This document shows, in pieces, positions 10,653 to 21,069 of a stretch of DNA of 64,000 nucleotides. The stretch comes from an uncultured Chlamydiae bacterium. Lineage in GTDB: Bacteria > Chlamydiota > Chlamydiia > Chlamydiales > SM23-39. The position numbers were made by a program, and so were the translations under genes. The notes under the pieces were generated by a model, which saw nothing but the letters and a program-made list of their open reading frames with translations, did no database searches and was not told the DNA's origin. The stretch is taken from contig CAVSSM010000001.1 in the NCBI GenBank assembly GCA_963730605.1, forward strand, positions 544,001 through 608,000, in the 5' to 3' direction. Each line of letters starts with the position of its first letter. Position 1 is the first letter of the stretch.

Positions 10653-13600
10653 TTAGGTCTGCAAAAACTCAAGGACATCTTCCCAGGTCAATTTTGCAAT
10701 TGCTTCATCATCGCAACTCACGACTTTCTTGACCAATCCTTTTTTTCGTCTCTGCATTTCGACGATTTTTTCTTCGATAGTGTTCAAAGTGACTAGTTTG
10801 TAGGAAGAGACCGAATTTTTCTGGCCGATACGGTGAACTCGGTCAGTTGCCTGGGCTTCCACGGCCGGGTTCCACCACATATCGTAGTGGATGACCGTGT
10901 CGGCTCCGACTAAATTGAGTCCCGTGCCGCCTGCTTTCAGCGAGACGAGGAAGACTGGGATCTTTGGATTTTCATTGAACTCTTTGACGATCTCTAGTCG
11001 GTTTTTCGTCGAACCGTCGAGATAGCAGAACGAGATGCCCCGCTGCTCGAAATCTTCGCGCATGATCTGGAGCATTCGGGTATATTGGCTGAAGATCACT
11101 GTCTTATGCCCGCTCTCAACAAGCGTCTGCAAAAGTTCGAGCAGCATATCGTATTTCGACTGAATCGCCCACTTCGGGCTTTTCTTTCGCAAAAATCGCC
11201 GGGTGGCAGCAGATCTGCTTTAAGCGGGTCAGAGTTGCGAGGACGTGGATCTGAACTTTGTCAAACCCCTCGCGCTCGACCAATTTGATCAGCTCATCGC
11301 GCGCCGAGGCGGCGTAAGACCTGTAAAGGTCCTGCTGCACATCGGAGAGCTGGCAGTGGTAGACGATTTCATCGACAGGCGGCAGATCTTGCAGCACATC
11401 GGTTTTCATGCGGCGCAGGATAAAAGGAGACGACTTTTTTCCTTAGGTATTCGATGTTCTGCGCCATGCTGGCGCCGGTCACCCGAATATATTTTTCGAC
11501 GAACCGGTCGTAGGTGCTCAAGAATCCCGGCATCAGGAAGTCCATGAGGCTCCAAAGCTCGTCGAGCGAATTTTCGATCGGCGTTCCCGTCAAGATCAGC
11601 CGGTGGGCAGCCTGGATCATCTTCACCGATTTTGCGTTGCGCGTCCCGCGGTTTTTGATGTGCTGCGCCTCGTCGAGGATCGCGTAGGTGAACGGCATTT
11701 GGCTATAGGTCTCGATATCTTTTTGAAGCAAGCGTATAGGAAGTGATGATCACATCGAAATCGGACATCTTGCCCAAGAGCTTTTTCCTCTGGGTTGGAA
11801 TGCCGTCGACGACAATCGCCTTCAAGTTTGGGATTGAACTTATGGAGCTCCTCTTTCCAGTTGTAGAGAAGCGAGGTAGGGCAGACGATGAGAGAGCGGG
11901 CTTCTTTGTCTTTATTATGGTGTTGCGTGATGGCCGCAATCGCTTGCAAAGTTTTGCCAAGGCCCATATCGTCGGCGAAGATTCCGTTCAAATACATCAG
12001 CCGAAGCCGTCTCCAGCCAATGGACCCCTTCCACTTGATAAGGCCGAAGATCGGCCTTCAATCTCCTGAGGGATCGTTGAGGGCAAGAGCGCGCTTTCGC
12101 CCAGCATCTGCCTGCGGATCTCGAGAAGCTTTTGCGACATGGTAAAATCGACAGGGAGTCCGTCGAACACTTTCGGGTCGATCGTCGCCAAATTCCAAAG
12201 CGGCTTTTGCTCTTTGCTGATCGTCGAGTTTTTTAATCCCCAGCTCATCGAAGAGCTGGACAAGCTTTGCGATCCTGTCTAAATCGAGGACCAGGATCTT
12301 AGAAGATCTTGGAAGCTTCTTTCGCTCTCGATCGGTTCGCATCCAATTCCAAAAAGGCCCTTTTCGATGCGATGCATTCCCAGAGAAGGTCGAGTTTCAC
12401 TCCCCTTAGCGCGCCGTCCACTTTTAGATCGATATCGTAGTATCCCACCGTTTCGCTTACATCGAGATTGAGAGTGAAATTCGTTTCGTCATAGATGAAT
12501 TGGTCAAGAAGATTTTGAGGGCATTCGAATTGCACCCGATGCTGGTTGCGAGGGATGACCCCGGTCATGAATTCAACGATCTTCTTTTCGGTCTTCGCAT
12601 GATATGTGCAGTTTACCGGATCGAACACGAAGTCTTGAAACAACTCTTCGACAAGCTGCCGCTCTTCGACGAGGTTGCGGGCCAAAACGCCCTGCGGCTG
12701 CACAAACGTCTTAATCTCATCGAACGTCAATTTCTCGAACCTTGCCGGCACTTCCTGCCCATCGTAGGAAAAAAAGAGCGAAGCTTCCAGTTCGCCGTCT
12801 AAATAGGAAAGATTGCAGCGAGCCCCTAATTTTCCGACAAATGGCAAACGTCACAAAACGGTCGATGATTTCCTGGTTTGCGACGTCGGCAAACCGCTTC
12901 AATTCGGGCAGGGAGTTTTCCACAAAAGTGCCGAATAGAGGCTCCGGAATCGTCATTTCCCGGATCGAGTTCAAATTCAACAGATGTGTCCGTTTGATGT
13001 GAGGCGGGAACCGATAATAAGTGTCTTGATAAAGCATGCCGGGCATGTGCATTCGAAAAGAATCACATCGTCGGCATGGAGTACCGTGTCTTTGCCCATG
13101 ACCAGCATGGGCTTTAAAAGAATTTTTGCTGCGGGAGGCTCTATATATTCGAGATTGAATCTAAGTCCGACCGGATTGAATGCATAGCGAAGCGGCGTTT
13201 CCAACGTCCCAAAATAAAGGCAAGGGAGATGAGGCATATCGTCGTCCAGATCTTTGAATCCCCTGCGGACCTGAGAGCCGCATCGCAATCTCATGGGTCT
13301 TGGCCAACATGAGCCCGAACACCTCTGGATCGAGCTGCGCGATCCTTTGCGCCCTCTCCTCTTTGGCCGTTTCCGTGCGCGCATGATCCAGCAAGAGTTG
13401 CAAAATTGAACTGCCGATCTCGTCGAAACTTTTTAAAGAGAAAAAAAGGCGACGCCCTGCAACGAAGAGAGGCTCTTCATAACGGATCGCGTCTAAAAAA
13501 GATTTCAAGTGGGAAATCTGCAGACGGTTTGGAGCTGATCGGCAACCTGAGGGCCAACTGGAATTCCACCTTCCCTTTTTTCTCCCTGATGCAAAGATTG

Positions 13601-14144
13601 AGGGTTGAAAATGACCGCCGAGCTCTGCGGTTGCGAGCGAGCCCTCTTCTTGAGGAAGAAAGAATGGGGAATGGGAGAGGAGATCGGCGGAGGCGACATA
13701 TTCTTGCAGCACCTGCTTTTGATAGCGGGCGTCTTGCTTGACCACTTCTTTTGTCTCGGCCTCTTTGATCGCCTCGATGAGTTCCTTTTTCTCTTCCGAC
13801 CCTAGGCCTTCCGCCTTGTCGATATCCGACTCTTTCGAATACTCTACGAGCAGGGAATCGATCTTGTCTTCCAGAAAGAAAATGAGCGCGGCCAGATGCT
13901 GGCAATCGAAGCGGCTGGGGCAGTCGCAGTTCGTATGGACCGCTTGCGATTCGAACCGGTCCACCTCGATTTCGCTCTCATAGGTGTTTTCGAAATTGCC
14001 GAGGATCCGGCTGCTGAACCGGATGACTTCGTTATCGAGGCGAATAATCTTCGCGGCAACGATTTTATTTTTTTCATAGAGCTGCCGCCCTTCTTTCAAG
14101 ATCGCCGAAGAGAAGTCTTGCCTAAGCTTTCTGAAGTTCAACAT
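10653..14144 (-). CDS. SWIM zinc-finger / SNF2 helicase (many frameshifts)
   Basis: CDC..CQH SWIM motif, [21 protein letters not shown] and [11 protein letters not shown] across fragments; chlamydial position next to mreB. Confidence 0.9.
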
Positions 14145-14285
14145 AGATCGTTCATTGATGAAACGGGTCCCGAGTTTTGGTTTTACATTTTTTCCAAAAC
14201 CATCGCAACAAAAAAATATTTTACTAGAGAATGTCTTCAAAATAGATTTTGACGTAAACTCTTCGATCCAAACCAAAAGGACTGA

Positions 14286-14459
14286 GAGGGTGTCTACAAA
14301 GTGAGGGAACGCCCGAGTTTTTGGATTATTTTGGCCGCTTTTCGACTTCAAAGCTTGGAGGGCCATATACTGCTGTCGATATTGCCCCCCAAGTCTTGAA
14401 TCGAAAATCGGCTCAAAAGAACCGAAAAATCGACAGAACCTCGCTTTGCAGACACCCTC
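14286..14459. mobile_element. MITE family C, copy 1 (174 bp, IS5-like ends)
   Basis: TIR gagggtgtct(a/g)caaag; TGA duplication; further copies at 33207 and 61086. Confidence 0.9.
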
Positions 14460-14728
14460 TGAATCGAGGCGCAACTTCGTACCACTTGCGCAAAGTGCGA
14501 TGCTTGACAAAAAAGAACGGGAATATCTAACCTACCTAGTCGGAAATTGGTTGGAAGTATATCGGGAATATATTTATTTGATCTATAACCAACATTCGTT
14601 TAATATGATAAAACAAATGTATAAATTTTGAATATTTTAAAAATTAAACAACACTGTCCACAAAGCTAGCGCTTGTATAGAGCTTGCATTTGACGTGCCT
14701 CGATAAGAACGAGAGCTCATTTAACAGA

Positions 14729-14764
14729 GAAAATCGACAGAGCCTCACTTTGTAGACGGCCCTC
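14729..14764. repeat. Degenerate right end of MITE family C
   Basis: aaaatcgacagagcctcactttgtagacggccctc resembles the family C 3' end. Confidence 0.7.
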
Positions 14765-14805
14765 TTAAGCTTTGCGCAGACAGCTTATAAAAGATAAAAT
14801 TTTTA

Positions 14806-15858
14806 ATGCAGGAGTTTATTATGACGTTCTCAGTTACAGGAATAAGAAATTCTGATCTCAATCCATTCAATGTGCCAAGATCTCTCAGCTCCTATGTCAC
14901 GGGAGAGTGTACTCCCGACGGCGCCTGCTCTTTTTCGTTCAGTGGGGAATTTGCAAATGTTGGCCGCGAGAAAGATGAATTTTGGAAATCTCTGACTCCC
15001 AGCGAGATTAAAACTTTAAAAGATTTGATTTATTATCAATTTAATAACGAATTTGTTGTGAATGCGCTAAAATCGCGTATATTTTCAAAATCTAATGAGT
15101 ATTTGAATCAGGTTGCAGAAAAAATGGGGTCTTCGGAGAAGTTTTCAGTGACGAACTTCTATCCTGTGGATCGAGACGCACTTATCAGCGACCTCTATCT
15201 TATGCAAATTGATCCAGTGGAGAACCATATATCAATTGGTCAGGAATGCGCAGCCGTATTGAATGGATGGACTGATGACATTTCCCTACAATCAGTACTT
15301 GGCGTTATGGCCCATGAACTTGGCCATCGGATATTAAAACATTTCGAACGGCATATTGCATTTGGGTTAGAATTGAACGGTATTTCTGTAGAATCATTAG
15401 ACGATATAACAACGATGTTAAAATCGAATTGCAAAGAATTTCCACAAAAAGAGTCGGTCAAACGAATTTGTCAGTATTTGAACAATTATTACGAAAAATT
15501 CTCTAAACGCTTCGATCCGACTGAAATAGTGATTCAAAAAAAACCAGAGTTTTATCGGGACCAGGAGAGAGAAGCAGACCTCCTTACAATGAGAGACCCC
15601 TATCTTGCTCGGGGAGTAAGAGACCAGATTGTTCGACTTATCGAAAATTGTGAAAAAAATCCTAAATTTAAACCCTTTTGCTTTGTCTACAATATACATA
15701 CGAGTACACATCCATCCGCGATTAGCCGCATTCAATATTTGACCCGTGCGCTTTGTGGGGAGTATCCCGAAGAGAACAGAGATATCTGTCCTAATGCAGG
15801 CCTGCGATATCAAGGCAATTCAACCTGCCCAGCAGTGGACTTATCCTACAAGTACTAG
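14806..15858 (+). CDS. M48-like zinc metallopeptidase
   Basis: AHELGH (HEXXH), EREAD and STHP motifs; AT-rich relative to the flanks. Confidence 0.75.
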   Translation: MQEFIMTFSVTGIRNSDLNPFNVPRSLSSYVTGECTPDGACSFSFSGEFANVGREKDEFWKSLTPSEIKTLKDLIYYQFNNEFVVNALKSRIFSKSNEYLNQVAEKMGSSEKFSVTNFYPVDRDALISDLYLMQIDPVENHISIGQECAAVLNGWTDDISLQSVLGVMAHELGHRILKHFERHIAFGLELNGISVESLDDITTMLKSNCKEFPQKESVKRICQYLNNYYEKFSKRFDPTEIVIQKKPEFYRDQEREADLLTMRDPYLARGVRDQIVRLIENCEKNPKFKPFCFVYNIHTSTHPSAISRIQYLTRALCGEYPEENRDICPNAGLRYQGNSTCPAVDLSYKY

Positions 15859-15984
15859 GAGGCGGCCAAAATATACTGCGACCGTATAATCTAAAAACTC
15901 GACGAAAAATTTTGCTTGCAGGTTCGTCAGCATCGTTACCTTGTCAGAAAATGGAAAACAACCTACAATGCACGCCTTTAGAGT

Positions 15985-16056
15985 GCGGGTGTAGCTCAGT
16001 GGTAGAGCATCACGTTGCCAACGTGAGGGTCGTGAGTTCGAGCCTCATCACCCGCT
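15985..16056 (+). tRNA. tRNA-Gly (GCC)
   Basis: Cloverleaf gcgggtg..cacccgc, anticodon loop ttgccaa, T-loop gttcga; CCA not encoded. Confidence 0.97.
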
Positions 16057-16084
16057 AATTCGTGAACATTTATCAGAGAATTTC

Positions 16085-17382
16085 GTGTCCAATACACCCA
16101 GCACCGAGCCGAGAGAATTGCAAAATGACCAAGTCCGCGTGGTGTCCATCGCAAAAACCGGCCTGCCTGTATCGAAATGAAGGTAAGGGCTTCTCGACCT
16201 CTTATCCAAACAGCCAGGAAAAACGCGGTCAAAGCCGTCGGTAAAGAGGCCCTCTTCCCGGGTTTCCGAAAAGGGAAGCGCCCCCGATGAGATGATCCTG
16301 AAAAAATATCCGCAGCGAAGTGGAAAAAGAGACCCATAAATCAACTCGCCGACTTCGTTTTCACCGAGGCCCAGAAATTGGCCAAGGTCCCCCTTTTGAA
16401 TAATAATTCAACGAGTCTCGTTCGATTTGAAGAAAATGGACGAGGAAGCGGACTGATGCTCGTCTTTCACATTTGAAACAGAGCCTACCGTCCCGGTCTA
16501 TCGACCCAAAGCGATTCGAGCCTAAACCAGTGGAGCGGCCGTCCTTAAGTGGGCGACAAAGAAGTCGAACGAGGCGATTCGGCAAATGCGATTCTTTTAC
16601 GCTCAATGGAATCCATAACGGATCGGGCCATTCAAGAGAGAGATTACATCATGATCGATCTCGACACGGTCGATGGGGAGAATCTCAGAGGGTATTCGAT
16701 CAAGTCCGCTTCGAGGTTTCCAAAGGAGCGGATGGCGCAATGGATGCAAAATATTAGTGATCGGAGCGAAAGATGGCGATGTTCTTGAAGGGATAAGCGA
16801 ACCGATGACGACAGCCACCGAAGAAGAAAAAAAAGAATTTGCTCCTAAAAAAGTGAGGATCACGATCATAAAGCTGGAAGAGGCCGCACTTTGCCCGAGA
16901 TCGAACGATGAATTTGCGAAAAAAGTGGGCGCACAGGACGTCGCCCGAATGCGCAGTCATGGTCGAAGCGATTTTGAACAAACAAGCGGATGAAAAGCGC
17001 AATCAAGATCCTCCGCGAACAAGTCAACATTTCTTGATCGACAATATGCCGTTTGAAATCCCCGCTTCTCTCAGTCGGAATCAGAGATGCAACATCGTCT
17101 GCGGCAGCTGAAGCAAAATCCCAGAGTTTATAGAGCAGCATCAAGAGTGAAGAGAGCGCAAGAAAAACGAAGAATCGAATGCAGCTGACTACGGAATCAG
17201 AGCAATGCCGTCGCGGCTATTCTATCTATCCCGGCAAATTGTTCATGATGCGAAAATCCCATCACGCATCAAGAAGGTCGAGCCGCAAGAGCTGTAGAGC
17301 GATCGCACGTGCAAGTCCCATGGCGAGCAGCAGCAAGTCGTCGAGCTCAAATCCCAAGGAAGAATATGCTTTGGCGGTGTAG
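16085..17382 (+). CDS. tig: Trigger factor (many frameshifts)
   Basis: PGFRKGK ribosome-binding motif near 16257; position between tRNA-Gly and clpP. Confidence 0.85.
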
Positions 17383-17489
17383 TAAGGTATTCTTGGCTAA
17401 AGCGCAAGATTACATCATCCAAACTGCAAAAACTTGACCGGGTGTAGAGCAATAAGGTATATACTGGATGAGAACACGGAGATTGAAAT

Positions 17490-18107
17490 ATGTCCTTAAC
17501 GCCTTATGTGATCGAAGATACTGGACGCGGCGAGCGTTCCATGGATATTTATTCGCGTCTTCTAAAAGATCGGATCATTTTCATCGGAACCGATATCACC
17601 GATCAAGTGGCAAACGTGGTTGTGGCCCAGCTTCTCTTCCTCAAAATGGAAGACCCAAAAAAGGACATCAATCTCTACATCAATTCTGCGCGGCGGCCAC
17701 ATTACTGCTGGGCTTGCGATTCTCGATACGATGCTGTTTTTGGGCTGCGACATCAATACCTATTGCATCGGCCAAGCCGTATCGATGGCAGCTCTTGCTT
17801 TTGGCTGCTGGAACAAAAGGCAAGCGATTTGCCCTTCCCCACAGCCGCATCATGCTCCACCAACCTTATGGCGGCGTCGGGGGCACCTCCGACGATATCG
17901 CGCTCCAGGCAAGAGAGATCTTCGAGCTCAAGAAAATCACCGCGTCTCTGATGTCCCGCTTTACCGGCCAGTCCATTGAGAAAAGTCACACGAAGATTCT
18001 GAGCGCGATTTTTACATGGATCCGGAAGCCGCGCTCCGAAATACGGGATCGTCGATCAGATCGCGAAGCCGCACCCGAGAGTGCGCGACGAGACCAACAA
18101 CCCCTGA
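17490..18107 (+). CDS. clpP: ClpP protease subunit, ClpP2-like (frameshifted)
   Basis: [17 protein letters not shown] and RIMLHQP motifs. Confidence 0.92.
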
Positions 18108-18124
18108 ATTCCAACGACAGCCCC

Positions 18125-19353
18125 ATGAGCAAAAAAACCCCTGAGATTCCACCTGCTCCTTTTGCGGCAGAACTGAAGACACTCGTCGAAAAGCTGATTT
18201 CCGGACCGAATGCCTACATCTGCGACAAGTGCGTCGGTCTCTGCGTGGATATCATCCAAAAAAAACCTGTCGCTTATGAGATGAAGCTTCTCAAGCCTAA
18301 AGAGATTAAGGCGCATCTCGATGAATATATCATCGGTCAGGAAACCGCGAAAAAGAACCATTGCGGTCGCGGTCTATAACCATTACAAGCGAATCCGCTC
18401 GCTCGCCAAGCAATCCGAAGTGGAATACAGCAAATCGAACGTCATGCTCATCGGTCCTACAGGTTCTGGTAAAACACTTATTGCCGGACCTCGCGCTCTA
18501 TTCTCGACGTTCCGTTTGCGATTTCCGATGCGACGACACTGACCGAGGCTGGCTATGTCGGCGAGGATGTGGAAAATATCATTCTCCGCCTCTTGCAAGC
18601 GGCGGACTATGACGTGGCCAAAGCGGAGCATGGGATTATTTATGTCGATGAAATCGACAAGATCCGCAAAACGACCTCCAACGTCTCGATCACGCGCGAC
18701 GTATCTGGAGAAGGGGTGCAGCAGGCTCTCTTGAAGATCGTGGAAGGAACTGTTGCCAACGTCCCTCCCAAAGGGGGACGAAAGCATCCGAACCAAGAAT
18801 ACATCAAAGTGAATACACAAAATATTCTCTTTATCGTCGGGTGGCGCTTTTGTCCATCTCGATAAGATGATCGCCAAGAGGCTCGGCAAGAGCACCATAG
18901 GATTCGATGCACGGCCGAAAGCAGTTCGCTACCGCAAGAAACGAATTTTCTCCTCTCCAAAGTAGAGCCTGAAGATCTCGATCTCATTTGGCATGATTCC
19001 CGAGTTTGTTGGCACGTTTCAATAGTATTGCCAACTGCAACGAACTCACAATCGGAGGATCTTGTAGACATTCTTGTTCGAAGCCAAAAAATGCGATCAT
19101 CAAGCAATATGTCGCACCTGTTTGCGGAAGAAAACGTGAAGCTCGATTTCACAGAAGATGCGCTGCAAGGCAATGGCGAAAAAAGCCAAAGAAACGGGCA
19201 CCGGCGCCCGAGCTCTTCGGATGATCGTGGAAGGCATCCTTCGCGATCTGATGTTCGAAGTTCCTTCAGATCCAGCATCAAAGAAATCCACGTAGAAAAA
19301 GAGGCATTGTGGAAGGCAAGCCTCCGAAAATCGTCCGCGACCAGTCTGCCTAA
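18125..19353 (+). CDS. clpX: ClpX ATPase (frameshifted)
   Basis: [34 protein letters not shown] and RKH motifs. Confidence 0.93.
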
Positions 19354-19392
19354 TCAACGGCAACGGTGGACAGCCCAGTCCTTCCCATTCCG

Positions 19393-19414
19393 AAATGTCC
19401 ACCCGGACATTTCT
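19393..19414 (+). terminator. Hairpin after clpX
   Basis: gaaatgtcc-accc-ggacatttc, 9-bp stem with only a weak U-tract. Confidence 0.4.
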
Positions 19415-19429
19415 CCACAAGAATTATTA

Positions 19430-19596
19430 ACCTGAGTTTTGGGTTCATTTGTCTATGAGATTCAAGGATATTTCGAGCATATTTTTGCGCTTTGGAGCCG
19501 AGAGCAATATCGGGACGAGCATATCTTGCCGAGGCGAAAAGTCAAAAAGATGCCGAAAGAAATTGAAGCTCAGGCAAATGAACCCAAAACTCAGGT
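19430..19596. mobile_element. MITE family B, copy 2 (167 bp)
   Basis: Same TIR as copy 1; TSD TATTA; inverted relative to copy 1. Confidence 0.9.
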
Positions 19597-19967
19597 TATT
19601 AGTGTTGTGAAACGAGCCACTCGGCTTCGAAGTCGGCATTTGTCCCGTTTTCGACCAGCGCATCGAAGTTTTTTTGAGTTGCGCGAGCGTGGTCGCGCAG
19701 GTGACAGAGCGCCCAGTTTACCTTGAGGATGTTCTCTCGTGAAATTCTCTATGAATCGTTTGGCGGCGTTGCGTTCACAATCGTTTTTTGCTGCACCGTC
19801 TCCATTTTGAATGATCTCTGGGCAAAGAGGGATTACATTCGACTGGTCGGGATGAACGATGCAAGCGCCTAACATCTGATGATAGTACGTCACCGAACCA
19901 TCTTTGTGTTCCTTTTGGCAGCATTGAGGGCAACAGACATTACCGGAAGAAAATTCTCCCGTACCGT

Positions 19968-20137
19968 GAACCTATCCTCCAATTCTTCACGATCCCTTTA
20001 CGGCACGCTTTTGGGCGCTTTTCGCGCCTCCGCCCTCATAAAGATCACCGTCCCGATATTTACTTCGGGCGGTCGACGACGAAAAATCGCCTCAAAATCG
20101 ACCATAAATGAATCATTAAGAATTGGAGGATAGGTTC
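19968..20137. mobile_element. MITE family E (170 bp, single copy in window)
   Basis: 20-bp TIR gaacctatcctccaattctt; GT duplication; removing it restores the transposase LDGTG motif. Confidence 0.85.
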
Positions 20138-20157
20138 GTCTAAAGAGAGGAGGTATA

Positions 20158-20313
20158 CTGCGACCGCTTAGGTTGTGTGAATTTTGACAGCGGATTTTGC
20201 GTTCCAGTAGCATTGCGGAGATCGCCGCAAACTTCAGTATGTTAGCAAGATCGAGCAATGCGCTGGGGCGCAAAAGGCGCTCAACAAAATTCACTCAAAC
20301 TGAGTGGACGCGG
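20158..20313. mobile_element. MITE family D, copy 2 (156 bp)
   Basis: Homologous to 7580-9100; TATA on both flanks. Confidence 0.85.
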
Positions 20314-21004
20314 TATAATATCCCTCGAAAAACTCGAATCCTTCCAGACATTTCCCCCGTTAAAGTTTGGCGAATATCTTTTTGAATACAGGGCGGATGA
20401 GCCGAGGATCAAGTTCATCCAGGCGTTCCCGCATATAAGTGTCTGAAGGGGGCTGTGAGATGTGATAAAGAGACAACAGATTGTGATCGAGAGTGCCTCG
20501 ATTTTGATCGTATTTGAGCAAGGAGGGAAATTTTAGACCGAAAACAGCGAGGCCGGACATTAACACATCGGTAAATGAACTCAATACTCTATCGGATAGA
20601 TCTCTCGGATCTGAGATTTTCTGAAAGCAACGATGGATGTCCGAGATCACGGTATCGGCACAAAGGGGTTTTCTAACGACAATAGTCATGGAGGCGGCCT
20701 CAATCAAAAATGGAGGCCAGAAAGTTTACGAAAGAAATATTTTCACGAGAAAAAGGGCGGGCGGGAATTGCTGAAATGTAATCGGGTTTTTATTCGCAAG
20801 TTATTGATTAAAAATAATATATGATGGATAAACAATGAGTGCAAAAGGTTTTGCGGGATTAAAAATTTTGAGCATGGTTCGTTTCTTCCTCCTTCCGAAG
20901 ATGAGTCGAAGGCTGGAGGCGCCTGTGGAGATCTCTCGTAGAGAAGGCGTCTTGAGACCTAGGCTTAGCGGCCCAAGGGCCGGGTTTCCCGCCCCGGGGT
21001 GAAT

Positions 21005-21035
21005 AAAAAAAACCCCGAATTTTAAGTCCGAGGTT
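21005..21035 (-). terminator. Intrinsic terminator after the SctE-like gene
   Basis: aacctcgga..ttcggggtt stem followed by a T-run on the minus strand. Confidence 0.7.
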
Positions 21036-21069
21036 CTGTTCTTGGGAGAACGAAAAATCTTAACTATTC

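Larger units (their letters stand above)
19722..20689 (-). pseudogene. Decayed ISNCY-like DDE transposase containing two MITEs
   Basis: Fragments DVLMSGLAVFGLKFPSLL, PSDTYMRERLD, YLLSLD|GTGEFSS, YYHQML and KNDCERNAAKR. Confidence 0.85.

Noticed and set aside
14145..14510. N-terminal extension of the 449-aa SWIM ORF
   Set aside because: It reads through MITE C; the likely start is MLNFRK at 14144.
15996..16344. Minus-strand ORFs over tRNA-Gly and tig
   Set aside because: They overlap a clear tRNA and trigger factor on the other strand.
19599..19722. GC-rich stretch as a seventh MITE family
   Set aside because: I found no clear TIR pair or second copy.
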